DNA from: Octopus vulgaris
Lineage: Eukaryota
Length of the DNA stretch: 64,000 nucleotides
Direction of reading: 5' to 3'
NCBI GenBank assembly: GCA_951406725.2
Contig: OX597835.1
Span: 9,300,001-9,364,000 of the forward strand
Below the pieces are notes generated by a model. It saw only the letters and a program-made list of their open reading frames with translations, did not search any database and had not been told where the DNA came from. The position numbers and the translations under genes were made by a program. This document shows, piece by piece, positions 15,095 to 27,550 of this stretch (positions are counted from its first letter, which is position 1; every line of letters starts with the position of its first letter).

Positions 15095-15738
15095 CGGCTC
15101 TCACTCATAAGATCTTTTCCTGTCTTGAGCAAGGCACTTTACTTCACATTGGGTGGAGGCGCAATGGACCAGTGGTTAGGGCAGCGGACTCGCGGTCGTA
15201 GGATCGCGGTTTCGATTCCCAGACCGGGCGTTGTGAGTGTTTATTGAGCGAAAATACCTAAAGCTCCACGAGGCTCCGGCAGGGGATGGTGGTGCGATCC
15301 CTGCTGTACTCTTTCACCACAACTTTCTCTCACTCTTACTTCCTGTTTCTGTTGTACCTGTATTTCAAAGGGCCGGCCTTGTCACTCTCTGTGTCACGCT
15401 GAATATCCCCGAGAACTACGTTAAGGGTACACGTGTCTGTGGAGTGCTCAGCCACTTACACGTTAATTTCACGAGTAGGCTGTTCCGTTGACCGGATCAA
15501 CCGGAACCCTCGTCGTAACCGACGGAGTGCTTCCGCCACACTTCACATTGCGCGATTTCATGCAACTACTAAAAATTAAACTGTACATGTATTTTGAACG
15601 GCCGCCCTCGTCTCATCTTGTGTTACGCTGAATCACCCTGAGAACTGCGTTAAGGGTTCAGGTTCATTCACGTATCACGAGCTGGTTGTTCTAGCGATCA
15701 GTCGACTGGAACCCTCGTCGAGGTAACAGGCGGAGCAA
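15095..15738 (+). mobile_element. Old CORE-like SINE split by a younger insertion
   Basis: CTTGAGCAAGGCACTTTACTTCACATTG before 15151 resumes at 15540; the diverged tail resembles family 3. Confidence 0.65.
15155..15536 (+). mobile_element. tRNA(Arg)-like SINE family 3
   Basis: tRNA-like head TGGACCAGTGGTTAGG...GGTTTCGATTCC; near-identical to 42041-42420; TSD ACTTCACATTG at 15141 and 15540. Confidence 0.9.
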
Positions 15739-15967
15739 CTATTTCTCTACCCACAAAGGGCTAAACACAGAAGGGACAAACAAGGGCAGACAAAGGGATT
15801 AAGTCGATTATATCGACCCCAGTTGGTAACTGGTACTTATTTAATCGACCCCGAAAGGATGAAACGCAAAATCGACCTCGGCGGAATTTGAACTCAGAAC
15901 GTAGCGGCAGACGAAATACCACTAAGCATTTCGCCCGGCGTACTAACGATTCTGCCGGCTCACCGCC
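15739..15967 (-). mobile_element. SINE family 2
   Basis: Reverse-complement full copy; degenerate TSD TAACAG(G/A)CGGAG. Confidence 0.9.
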
Positions 15968-16249
15968 TTAACAGACGGAGTACCATACACGCACACACGC
16001 ACTCACACACTCACACACACACAGTATCACCCCACACAGTACTCCATAATATACAGACACGCATAAAATACATATATACGCATATGCACTTCACACACAT
16101 ACACAAACGTTTCTCACACGCACACTCACGCGAGCAATTGCCAATTTCGCACTCACTCGTCTTCGCAAGGCATATATTCTATTTCTCTTGAAATTTCTGC
16201 CATTTATTTTCTAACCATATAATGAACACGTGCTTTTATGAGGACTATC

Positions 16250-16450
16250 TGCACTTTCCTGTTTTTTTTTTTGTTCTGTTTTGTTCTATTCTGGACTTCT
16301 ATTTCAGACGAAGAGCCATGGTCGAGACGTCATTTCCATTTTTCCATTTAACATTTTCTCTAAGTGTCAATCTAATACATAAACTTTATACAACCCAATT
16401 CACTTTTGTTGTTTGCTCCCGGGTTTTTTCTATTATGGATTTGTTTATAT
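16250..16450 (+). mobile_element. Penelope-like non-coding element with decayed hammerhead
   Basis: Same layout as 17986-18162; motif CAGACGA-AGAGC-CATG-GTC-GAGAC-GTC at 16305-16331. Confidence 0.55.
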
Positions 16451-16466
16451 CTATCTATCTATTTAT

Positions 16467-16551
<85 letters not shown>

Positions 16552-16720
16552 AATCTCTGTGTATGTATGTATGTATTAATCTATCTATCTAGCTAGCTGT
16601 GGCTGTCTGTATGTATGTACGTATATATCGATCTATCTATTTATCTGTCTGTCTATCTATCTATCTATCTATTTATCTATCTATCAATGTATGTATATCT
16701 GTGGATGTATGTATGTATGC

Positions 16721-16756
<36 letters not shown>

Positions 16757-16777
16757 GTCTATCAATCTATCTGTCTG

Positions 16778-16826
<49 letters not shown>

Positions 16827-16827
16827 A

Positions 16828-16868
<41 letters not shown>

Positions 16869-16885
16869 GTTTATCTATCTATCTA
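16447..16885. repeat. (TATC)n compound microsatellite
   Basis: Tandem TATC/TATG/TGTC arrays. Confidence 0.95.
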
Positions 16886-17542
16886 CAAGCATGTGAGCAA
16901 GCGTAACTTTTGTAAGGTTTCTCGCAATGACCTGCAGCCATGTTTGACACCAAATTCAAGAAGAAAATTACTTTTCGAATTCGTTTCTCCTCTTTAACAA
17001 ACATCTGCATAAGGATACAGAATTTCAAACGTACACAGAGATGTACATAAAACAAACTCACATGTGTGCAAGTATACTTACAAACACACATATACAGTTG
17101 CCCACTCTACAGGCGCCGCAAACCAGAAGATGGTGGAAACATTACCAAGTTCAAAGTTAATGGCCGAGGGATGGAAATAACAACACGTGGATCGTGCCCT
17201 ATAACCCATTGCTGTCTAAAACATTGCAGAACCATGTTAATATTGAGACATGCAACTCTATAAAAAAAACTATTAAATATATATGTAAGTAGATCAGTAA
17301 GGACTCAGATTGAATATTTATAACTTGATGGAAATTCCTTGAAATAAGATACTCTGTAAGACAGTTCGCTATTCTCTTTAAGTTCACAAATACCTTTTTA
17401 AGAGCTACATACTTTGTATTGTTGTTATTGGATTAAATAAAGAAATAGTTATTGGATTAGCGGAAAACTTATGAGAATGGAACCAAGGGATAAGCCCAGT
17501 GTTTTCCGGGAATTACCTGGTACGTTAACTAGTACATACACA

Positions 17543-17605
<63 letters not shown>

Positions 17606-17612
17606 ATATCTA

Positions 17613-17651
<39 letters not shown>

Positions 17652-17654
17652 TTC

Positions 17655-17984
17655 TGGCTCAGTGGTTAGAGCGTCGAGCTTACGATCGTGAGGTTGTGAG
17701 CTCGAATCCCGGACCGGGCTGCGTGTTGTATTCTTGAGCAAGGCACTTTATTTCACGTTGCTCCAGTTCACTCAGCTGTAGAAATGAGTTGCGACGTCAC
17801 TGGTGCCAAGCTGCGTCGACCTTTGTCTTTCCCTTGGATAACACTGGTGGCGTGGAGAGGGGAGGCTGGTATGCATGGGCGACTGCTGGTCTTCCATAAA
17901 CAACCTTGCCCGGACTTGTGTCTAGGAGGGCAACTTTCTAGGTGCAACCCATGGTCATTCATGACCGAAGGGGGTCTTTACCCC
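17655..17984 (+). mobile_element. tRNA-derived SINE family 4 with CORE-like domain
   Basis: TGGCTCAGTGGTTAGAGCG...CTCGAATCCC head and CTTGAGCAAGGCACTTTA central motif; second copy at 53381-53709. Confidence 0.9.
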
Positions 17985-17985
17985 T

Positions 17986-18162
17986 ATATTTTGTATTTTG
18001 TATTTTCTATTTTCTCTCCCTGTTTATTTTTGTGTTCGTTTCTGTCGAAGAGCGTAGGCTCGAAACGTAAACAACTTTCTCACCTCCCCGAGCGTCAAAC
18101 TAATACATCTATTTGTTGTTTACACAACCATCTTCGTCTTTTGTTTTTTCGTAAATTCTCAC
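17986..18162 (+). mobile_element. Penelope-like non-coding element (family A) ending in (TA)n
   Basis: Homologous to the reverse complement of 28366-28560 and carries a hammerhead motif. Confidence 0.7.
18038..18072 (+). ncRNA. Minimal type I hammerhead ribozyme motif, variant core
   Basis: GTTT-CTGTCGA-A-GAGC-GTAG-GCTC-GAAAC-GTA-AAC; core position 6 is U instead of A. Confidence 0.6.
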
Positions 18163-18238
18163 TATATATATATATATATATATATATACGTATGTATCTA
18201 TGTATGTATGTATGTATGTATGTGTGTGTGAGTGTATG

Positions 18239-18287
<49 letters not shown>

Positions 18288-18822
18288 GTATATATATAAA
18301 TGTGTGTGTGTATGTATATATGCATGCATATTTGTGTGTTTTTTTATGTATGTACCTCGTGCATTAGTTGCATATCTATATATCTCTCGCTCCATTTATC
18401 CATTTACTCATCCGCTAATTATATATATTGGCATCTATCTTTCTTTAATACTGTACTGTATAGTTAGTGTCATAACTTAGAGTTCCGTTGTAATTTCATT
18501 AATGTTTAGAAGAAAATCAATTGTTTCTCACTTCATTTCAAACATTTCTCATCAATTGTAGAATGGGAAGAACGAACATGGTATACAAAACTTATCACAA
18601 GAATTGTCGATATTTTAAATATTCAATTATATTTTTTTCTCACCAATGTCGAAAATCGACTTAACTTGTGAAAGAAGTGCCACATGACTGGCGAAAACAA
18701 TACAAATGACCTAATTTCTCTAAATATCTAAATATGTCACATAGATACGACCGTGATTAACATATACTTATTAATATATATGTATAGATATAAGTACGTG
18801 CATGTGTCCATGTATGTGTTTT

Positions 18823-18867
<45 letters not shown>

Positions 18868-18871
18868 GTAT

Positions 18872-18872
<1 letters not shown>

Positions 18873-18946
<74 letters not shown>

Positions 18947-18960
18947 TAGATATAGATATA
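18873..18960. repeat. (GATA)n microsatellite
   Basis: Tandem array. Confidence 0.95.
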
Positions 18961-19269
18961 TATGTATATATACATGTACTTTCTTAGACAGATAGACAGA
19001 GTTATATAAAATTAAGCATACACTAAAAGCAGGTATACCGAAGGGTACTAGATTAATAAGCATATATGTCACACACACACACACAGACATCTATATCTAT
19101 CTATCAACCTATATATATATAAAATTACTGATAGCAAAAGATGGGATGATGTGGCGTTCAGTAATTCCGTAATTGAAAAATGCATTAAATACTAAATAAA
19201 CATAGAGGTAGGATAGACACAGAAGGACCCCAATTCTTCATCAGGAATCAACCGAAAACACTAAAACCG

Positions 19270-20017
19270 AGTTGCGTGCCTTTGACGATAAGACGGAGAT
19301 TTCTATATCGGCAGCAACTGCAAGATTTGCGTAGAATTAGGGGTCGAGCAAATAGAACAATATATGGAGGAAGAACTTCAATTCCTTTACTGTCTCCCAC
19401 TAGCCCATCTGTTTCCGGGAGTCCTTCTGACACGACGAAAACAGTGAAGTTCGGGGTAAGAGTTTCATGCTTTAAGATACATACAAAGTGATGTTTCAAA
19501 AAAGTTGGTTGAATTTGACAGTAACTTGGATAAAGCCAAATACATGCAGTTTCTAAATGACAGGTTGATATCAGACTTGGATGAAGGCGAGATTTTCCAG
19601 TATGGCAGGGCTAAATATCACGTGCAGCACAACAGAATCTGGCTGATGGAGGTGTTACCGTATTGAACAATAGGCCACTTCAGAGACTTGACTTAAGTAT
19701 CGTGGAGCAAATGTTGACAGAACTAAAGAAAACAGCTCGTTAGAAGAATCCACGCAATGTTGAAGGGTTGTATAGGGTCAACTACGGAGAATGGCATCTG
19801 CTACGCGTGAAGATGGTGAAGTATTTGTACGCATCGATTCTTAGGCACATTGCAGCAATTATTCAAGCTAAGGGACGCCACAAGAAATATTAACAAAGTA
19901 CAGGAACTTCTAGAAATGGATATTATGTAAGAAAATTTCATTATAAACATCAGTCTCGTTTAAAACATTGTTTCTGGATTAATTTATGCGTGGTGGTCGA
20001 AAACTTTCGCACGGCCA
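19270..20017 (+). mobile_element. Decayed Tc1-family transposon, 3' part with right TIR remnant
   Basis: TVKFG, IFQYGRAKYH (DNA..H-like), RPLQRLDLSIVEQM (WPxQSPDLNPIE-like) and IQAKGRHKKY* C-terminus; TIR-like GTCGAAAACTTTCGCACGGCCA near 20000. Confidence 0.8.
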
Positions 20018-20210
20018 TTTTTGTTTAACCTTCTCACGTCATACCCTCTCATTTAAAAACCCTTCTACAAAATGTAATGATTAGGTATGGAAATGACTCC
20101 CACTGGGCGAATCTTTCATCTTTTAAAAGACGCAATGCGATACCTCCACATATAAAATGCCAATTAGAAATTTACAAAAGTTTAAAGTGGACAAAGGCTT
20201 TTTCACTCTA

Positions 20211-20270
<60 letters not shown>

Positions 20271-20301
20271 ATGTGTGTGTGTGTGCGTGTGTGTGACTGT
20301 G

Positions 20302-20443
20302 TTGAACATATATTAAACGTGGATTGAATATACATTAAATAATTCTATTATATATATTATATAGATCAAATTATCCTTTACTTGAATTATATTATATTTT
20401 TGTATATTTTCACTTTATCTATGATCCTCTATGTATAAATATT

Positions 20444-20474
<31 letters not shown>

Positions 20475-20690
20475 ATAATATATATCCACATATTCAATTC
20501 ACACACAGACACACACATATATATATATATATTCTTATATGGATAAATAAATATACATATGCATATATGCGTACATATATGAAAATGAATTATACTAAAA
20601 TATTATACAATTGAAATAAAGAATAATTTAATCTACATAATATGTATAATAGATTTATTCAATATTCTATCCATATTCAATATACGTTCA
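20302..20690. mobile_element. AT-rich foldback with arms of about 100 bp
   Basis: TTGAACATATATTAAACGTGGATTGAATAT... mirrors ...ATATTCTATCCATATTCAATATACGTTCAA; inner arms are also complementary. Confidence 0.6.
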
Positions 20691-20886
20691 AAATATCTAT
20701 AAATATATAAGTATATAAAAATAAATATATATATATATATAATTTAATCTGCACAAGTTTCTCTGACTGTATCTGTTTAACTGTTTCAGTGTATTTAAAA
20801 CTATTAAACAGTTCCCTGCTCATATTTCAAATAAAATATATCAATGAAAATGCCCATTTACAGTAGGGTTTGTCGATAATATCCTG

Positions 20887-21004
<118 letters not shown>

Positions 21005-21040
21005 TGTAAATACAATATGTAGCAATTATCAGGTATCCTT

Positions 21041-21101
21041 GACAAAACTTCTAGTTTCGGATCACGGGGCGGAAACCCACGTCAGCATCTCTTCAGTTAT
21101 C
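21041..21101 (-). ncRNA. Type I hammerhead ribozyme motif (family B, canonical core)
   Basis: Minus strand reads GATAA-CTGAAGA-GATG..22 nt..GATC-C-GAAAC-TAGAA-GTT-TTGTC; stem I is GATAA/TTGTC. Confidence 0.65.
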
Positions 21102-21169
21102 GGGCCATCGATAAAAATATCAAAATACATTAGCGGTTATTTTCATAGCATTTTTTTTTTCGATGGCTC

Positions 21170-21230
21170 GATGACTAAAGAGATGCCGGCGTGGATTTCC
21201 GCCTCTACATCCGAAACTCGGAGTTTTATC
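21170..21230 (+). ncRNA. Type I hammerhead ribozyme motif (family B, G5>A core)
   Basis: GATGA-CTAAAGA-GATG..22 nt..CATC-C-GAAAC-TCGGA-GTT-TTATC; stems I-III pair. Confidence 0.6.
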
Positions 21231-21379
21231 ATGGCTACTGAATAATTGTCACATATTATATTTACAAATTTACAAATAAATCCCTCTATTTACATAATAT
21301 CGAGGTCTCTTTCATTCTTTTGTTGTCTTCCGTTTCTATCAATATATATATATATGCGTGTGTATGTGTTAATAATGAT

Positions 21380-21402
21380 TAGATAGATAGATAGATAGAT
21401 AT

Positions 21403-21482
<80 letters not shown>

Positions 21483-21497
21483 GTAGATAGATAGGTA
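21380..21497. repeat. (GATA)n microsatellite
   Basis: Tandem array. Confidence 0.95.
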
Positions 21498-21959
21498 GGG
21501 AGAGAGAGATGCATGTATATATACATATATACACCTTGAATTTTTATACATATATACATGTATATACATATATATTATATATTTATACAGATGTATTTTA
21601 ACTGTTAATTTTAATTAGAAGTCTGTTCGTTGAAAAATACAGAATGCTCATTAGGAACCTGTACGCTGCATTTATCCTATTAAATTAAAAACATTACAAA
21701 GATTGTTTGTTTTATTGTAATATATTATTTTGTGTTGGTTTATACGAAATTCGCATCTGCTTTCTTAATGAAATATCGGGTGGGTTAATTAATGCACCGA
21801 AACATGAATTAGGTATAGCCAACAAATATATCTCGTGTATTATATTTTCAGAGGTGAAGAAACAGAATATGTATTTTGATATCGTAATATGTGTATTCTA
21901 AATGTTGATTGTTTCACTATGAATATACATACGTACACCCACGCCCACAGAGACACATG

Positions 21960-22011
<52 letters not shown>

Positions 22012-22143
22012 TTATTTATATTATATTAACTACACATAGTACATACATGTTTAACACATACATACATGCATACATATATATATATATATGTACATATATA
22101 TTCATATATATACAAATATATGCATATATATATATATACATAC

Positions 22144-22215
<72 letters not shown>

Positions 22216-22899
22216 CGCTGTTTGACGTCATAGTATTTTATTCTTCAATAACCAAGTCTTCCTCCCAAAAGTCTAATTTTTCTTCCAAAATTGTATTTCC
22301 TTCAATTATTCTTGTGTGAAAATAATCACGCATGCAAGCAGATCGTTGTTTTCTTTCAATAATGATTAATGAGTAAAGAAGAATCCAGCTAATTATTTTG
22401 AAGCACTGATGGGTAATTCATGAAGTTATTGATATCTATTCTTTTATTTATTACTCCTAATAATGTGCATTGTGATGTCTGGATGGCGGCCTCATTATTA
22501 CACAGAATATTAATGTCTTTACAATGTGATTGATTCCGCAAAAAATAATTTGATATTTATGCGAACAAAATTTGTGGTCGACACAAATTTACATAGTTTT
22601 ACATAGATTTCATATAGTTAGACATTTTGTCACATTTAGAAACCAGCATTTGTGAATCTTCAGGAAATCTTGCAGTGAGCGAATGTGCTAAAATGCGCAA
22701 ACTTCCGTTAGTAACAACTTTGAGGAATTAAGACATGTCGTATTATGGACGGGAAAAATCAGAAATTATAAAGCAATTCCAAGAATAGACGACACGACAT
22801 TTAATTTTCACGTATGGAGTTATTCATTGTTTCATTAAATAATCACCAAAAGTGAAAATATTAAATTAAGACAGCGTGTATCTATAAACGATACCTTAT

Positions 22900-23440
22900 C
22901 AGCACGACAGAAATATTCATTTTTTTTTTGTCGGTAATAAAAGAGAAAGATTTCGAAAGTATTTCTCTGAGTTCTTTACAGTTTTTATCGAAGAATGTGG
23001 ACAACGAACTGTCTTATACTTTTGAAACCTTGTAAGTGGAACGTGATACACAGAAACTGTGGGATCGGCTAATTGATACAGTAATGGTACAGCTTTGTTG
23101 CACTCTGTGTTACGTTGATTCAGCCTGAAAATTACGTTAAGAGTACTCAGTACTGTAAAATACTCAACCACTTCCATATTAATTAAATGGGCAGATAACT
23201 CAGTTGATCGAAAAACTAAATCAGTATATTCGAGATCATCGCACATCGGTTTCCTCACTGTAACAATTTTGCATCCAAAACACCAATATTGCATTTTAAT
23301 ATCAATGCTTCAATACTTTGTAGAGATGACATTCTTAGTAATCATCGCTATTCTACAACTGTGTGGGCGCAGGTTTGATAAATATGGAATTGTCGTGAGA
23401 TTTGAACTAAAAGCAGACCTGCAATTAATCTGTAGTTTTT
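22900..23440 (-). mobile_element. Highly decayed LINE RT remnant (RTE/L2-like)
   Basis: Ordered degenerate motifs PAPTQL (LAPTLF-like), LEYTDLVF (YADD-like) and VVEYFTVLS (VxxFxYLGS-like). Confidence 0.4.
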
Positions 23441-23691
23441 AAGGGGCCGACTTGTAAATGTACATGTGTTGCTGTCGCCCAGTCGTAGAGAACACTGTTA
23501 AATACAATATGTTAGTTATCGCATTTAGATTTCAAATAGCCAAGAGCTATCCCACATCATTTACTTATCTTGTGTTCAAACAATAGTCACTGCCACTCTC
23601 ATAACCACCAATAGTTGCAGCAATAACACAAAGTAATAAACTTCGGTTTTGTTGCCTATCTACTTTCACCCTCGTTCCTGACTTAATATTC

Positions 23692-23913
23692 GCTTCAGAA
23701 TTTCGTACAAAGTCAGAAATTTTGGGAGACGGGTTAGCTCATTTATATCATCCCTGGTGCTCAACTGGAACTTATTTTATCGAGTCCGTCAGGATGAAAG
23801 GCTAAGTCGACTCTCCCACCACGACGGAATTTGAACTCAGAACGTGAAGACGACCGAAATGCTGCTAAGCATTTATGTCCCAAAGTATTAATGATACTCT
23901 CAGCTTGCTGCTT
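23692..23913 (-). mobile_element. Old SINE family 2 copy
   Basis: Diverged central domain and head; flanked by TTCCT(G/A)ACTTAATATT. Confidence 0.8.
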
Positions 23914-23933
23914 CAATTTCCTAACTTAATATT

Positions 23934-24378
23934 CCTTTCTGCTCTAGGCACAAGACCCGAAATTTAGGGGGAGGGGGGTCAGTCGATTAAATCGACCCCA
24001 GTAAACACCTGGTACTTAATTTATCGACCCCGAAAGAATGAAAGGTAAAGTCGACCTCGGCGGAAGTGGAATTCAGAACGTAAAGACAGACGGAATACCT
24101 ATTTCTTTATTACCCACAAGGGGCTAAATATAGAGGGGACAAACAAGGACAGACAAAGATATTAAATCGATTTCATCGACACCAGTGCGTAAGTGGTACT
24201 TAATTTTCTGTGTTTAGCCCCTTGTGGGTAGTAAAGAAATAGGTACTAAATTTATCGACCCCGAAAGGATGAAAGGCAAAGGCGACCTCGGCGGAATTTG
24301 AACTCAGAACGTAACGACAGACGAAATACCGCTGAGCATTTCGCCCGGCGTGGTAATAATTCTGCTATCTCGCCTCCT
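23934..24378 (-). mobile_element. SINE family 2 dimer with an inverted tail fragment inserted
   Basis: Two minus-strand bodies joined near 24100; plus-strand tail piece at about 24207-24243. Confidence 0.85.
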
Positions 24379-25714
24379 ATTCCTGACTTATTATTGTAAC
24401 ATCAAAAGATTTTCACAAATGCCAGTAAAGATATAAAGAAACATAAAGAACAATACAGCAATTCATTTAATCATAGACACATTTTTCCATAAATTTATAC
24501 TTATGCCGAAAAACACCTGAGCATATACGTGTGTGTGTGTGTGTGTGTATACGTGCGTGTATAGATGTATGTCTTGTGTGTATATGTGATAGTGATATAT
24601 GCAGATATATGCGTTCATGTATGCGGTGATCACACATGAATATTAAAAAATATTCTCAACACGCACAAATAGCAGGAATGCACACGAGAGGCCCTGTTCG
24701 CAGGATGAACATCAGGCTATGGTTTTATGGCGTTTCCAGTCCTGTTTTAGATGAAGTGCAATCGATTCGATTAGAAATCGAAATCTGCGGGGGGTTAAGT
24801 CCTGCCATAAAACCATCTTTAACACTGTCTCATTGTACATTTAATATGAAAGCAATTATGCATGCAACGGCGAAAAGGTTATCAATTGAGAAGTCGATAT
24901 TAATATCGTTTTCCAGTCAGACACTTTACATGTTTATAGTAACTAGCCAAAGTGATGTCATTGAATATATTGATTTTCAGACGAGCGCAGGTTTACAAAT
25001 TGGTGATTTAGTTATAGCTGATTAAATGGATCTCTTTACATGCTTGCTTCTCATTTTATCGACCTTCGAGCAATGAAACGGAAATGTCGATCTTGGTGAG
25101 ATTTGAGCTCATAAAGCCACAGGAACAAAATTAAATAGAGCAAGTCTTAGAATATGCAGCTCAATTGTTTCTGCCATTAATCTGTCCTCGCAATTCAGCT
25201 GACGTTGAAAGAGTTAATTTGATGTGCTCTTTATAGATTATCAATCTTTAAATATTTCTTTCGCATCGAAGTGTCAATGTCAAGAGCTCCAACGATCAAA
25301 TAATCGATGACTTTTCATCAATCGAATTACTTCATATTATCATACATTTTTTCTTTGTCTTTTTTTTATATTGTGAGACGGAATAACGCATTCAATTATT
25401 AATAATATCAATGGAATTTGCACAGAAAGGTGCGTACACAGACTTAAACACAGATAGTTACACATATACAAACATGGTAGTATATTAAGGCAGGCATATA
25501 CACATTCTCACTAATTTGTGTACACACACACACACTCCTACACACACATACACAAAGCACATGAGCACACACATACAATAGAAAACTAATACGAGAAAGT
25601 AAACGACGTTACCGCCATAAATTCTACGATAACTTCTGTTCACATCAAACCCAAGCCTCTCTTAGATGTCTTGCTGCACAAATTCATATGTTACTATTGT
25701 TGTTGCTGTGATCA

Positions 25715-25745
<31 letters not shown>

Positions 25746-25746
<1 letters not shown>

Positions 25747-25866
25747 GAGTGAGTGAGAGAACAGTGACACTGGGGTAAAATATACGAAGCCCAGTATACT
25801 CATCATGACTAACCGTCTGATAAGCGTACGCCAGGCACATGCATCACAGCCATATGTGCACAGCAT
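25746..25866 (-). mobile_element. 3' fragment of an (AAT)n-tailed retroposon
   Basis: Matches 37092-37225 and abuts (TTA)n. Confidence 0.8.
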
Positions 25867-25870
25867 ATAT

Positions 25871-25951
<81 letters not shown>

Positions 25952-26978
25952 TATATATATATATACATTATTTGATGCCATGATTGACTATAAAATTGGT
26001 AATGACTCTGATAAATAAGTTCCTTTTGTGAAGCCAAAATATTGAAACAGGGTTAGGAATCGTAACTGATATCTTTTCTCACACAATAATATAAAAATAG
26101 AACTGTAAATGGTAGAAACAGAAAACAAAACACAAATAAACTATGGATTCTCCTCACAAGTGTTGCATCTTACGGTGTACATCATTCATCTGTAAACAGA
26201 ACGGTAGAATATGGCAAATTATGAGGGCACCTACGCGGCGGCGACTTATTATGCGAGCTAAGAAAAATAAGACTCCAAAATTACCTTCAAAAGTCTAACT
26301 ATAGAAAAATAATATTAGCTAATTTATTTATAGATACATTATTTCGAAAAATAAAAAGACCTACATGATCTTCACTGGGACACTACTTCTGTTTCAAAGC
26401 TATGAGCGACGACTGCTGACTTGTGGACTAAACAACTGCAATCAATATACAATTTACTTTTTTGGTACAATATCTCAGACTATAATCGAAAAACAAATCA
26501 CATGCATTGTGAATAGGTCAGACGCGGCAAATAATGTCGATCTTAAAAATGTCTGATTGAATACAGATGTGATCAACACTATGGAATTACTAAAACCATT
26601 TCTTGGATGCGACCAATATCGATTCGGTTTGAATCTGCTTCAACGAAAGATAAAATGTGTCTACAGGTTAATAACATAGAAAGTCAATTTTACGAAAAGA
26701 AATATTCTAGATTTTCAGTTCGTCTTTAAATAAAACAGTATTCGCAAATTCTTAATACAGAGTATGCTACAAATTAGTAAACTTTATGGAGCAGGATCGA
26801 TACAACTTGGCGTTTTATATTAGGAAACAATGAAACCTTTCTCGAAAAAGAATTGATCCAGCAAGACCTTACCTAAAATGGAAATGATACATTAATATAA
26901 TTCTTTAAAAACGGCTATGTTAAAGATAGAAATTTGACGGCAGGAATATCTTTGACAATCGATGAGGTCAGACACCAC

Positions 26979-27448
26979 GCTCAATGAAATAATTCAAATA
27001 TTTACACAAGGAATAAAGCCTTTCGATTGTCGTAAATAGAATTTTTCGAAAGAATGGTTATCATAGCACATTAAGGAAACACTTCGATGTATAACATTAA
27101 TAATAATGAGCAAAATAAAGAATTCTTCTGCTATGTCTAGCAAGTTAGGCGGTCGCATCTAGCCTCACTCGCTGTTTTGGTGAGTGTGTACAATCGTGTT
27201 CGAAATTTCACCATATCTGAGTAATTTTCAGCTGGGAAACTTTTTTCCTCCCCATTATTCACTATAAATAGGTGCTCAATGAAATAATTCAAATATTTAC
27301 ACAAGGAATAAAGCCTTTCGATTGTCGTAAATAGAATTTTTCAAGAGAATGGTTAGCATAACACATTAAGGAAACACTTCAACGTATAACATTAATAATA
27401 ATGAGCAAAATAAAGAATTCTTCTGCTATATCTAGGAAGTTAGGCGGT
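26979..27448. repeat. Direct repeat, 2 x 175 bp with a 120 bp spacer
   Basis: GCTCAATGAAAT...GTTAGGCGGT at 26979-27153 and 27274-27448. Confidence 0.93.
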
Positions 27449-27475
27449 TAGCCAGACATCTTCAGACATTTCTCA

Positions 27476-27550
27476 TCGACAACAATGCCCCATTTTACAA
27501 CAATAATGTCTTTTCTCGACAACAATGCCCCATTTTACAACAATAATGTC
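27476..27550. repeat. 40-bp tandem duplication
   Basis: TCGACAACAATGCCCCATTTTACAACAATAATGTC occurs twice. Confidence 0.9.

Larger units (their letters stand above)
21005..21345 (+). mobile_element. Penelope-like element (family B) with inverted 5' duplication
   Basis: Arms 21005-21120 and 21150-21266 are diverged inverted copies; the plus copy runs on into (TA)n. Confidence 0.65.

Noticed and set aside
15155-15235. tRNA-like sequences at SINE heads (also 17655, 42041, 53640)
   Set aside because: No closed acceptor stem, and they continue into SINE bodies, so they are not tRNA genes.
26979-27550. CRISPR-like repeat-spacer array
   Set aside because: Only two-copy repeats in a eukaryotic context, with no cas genes.
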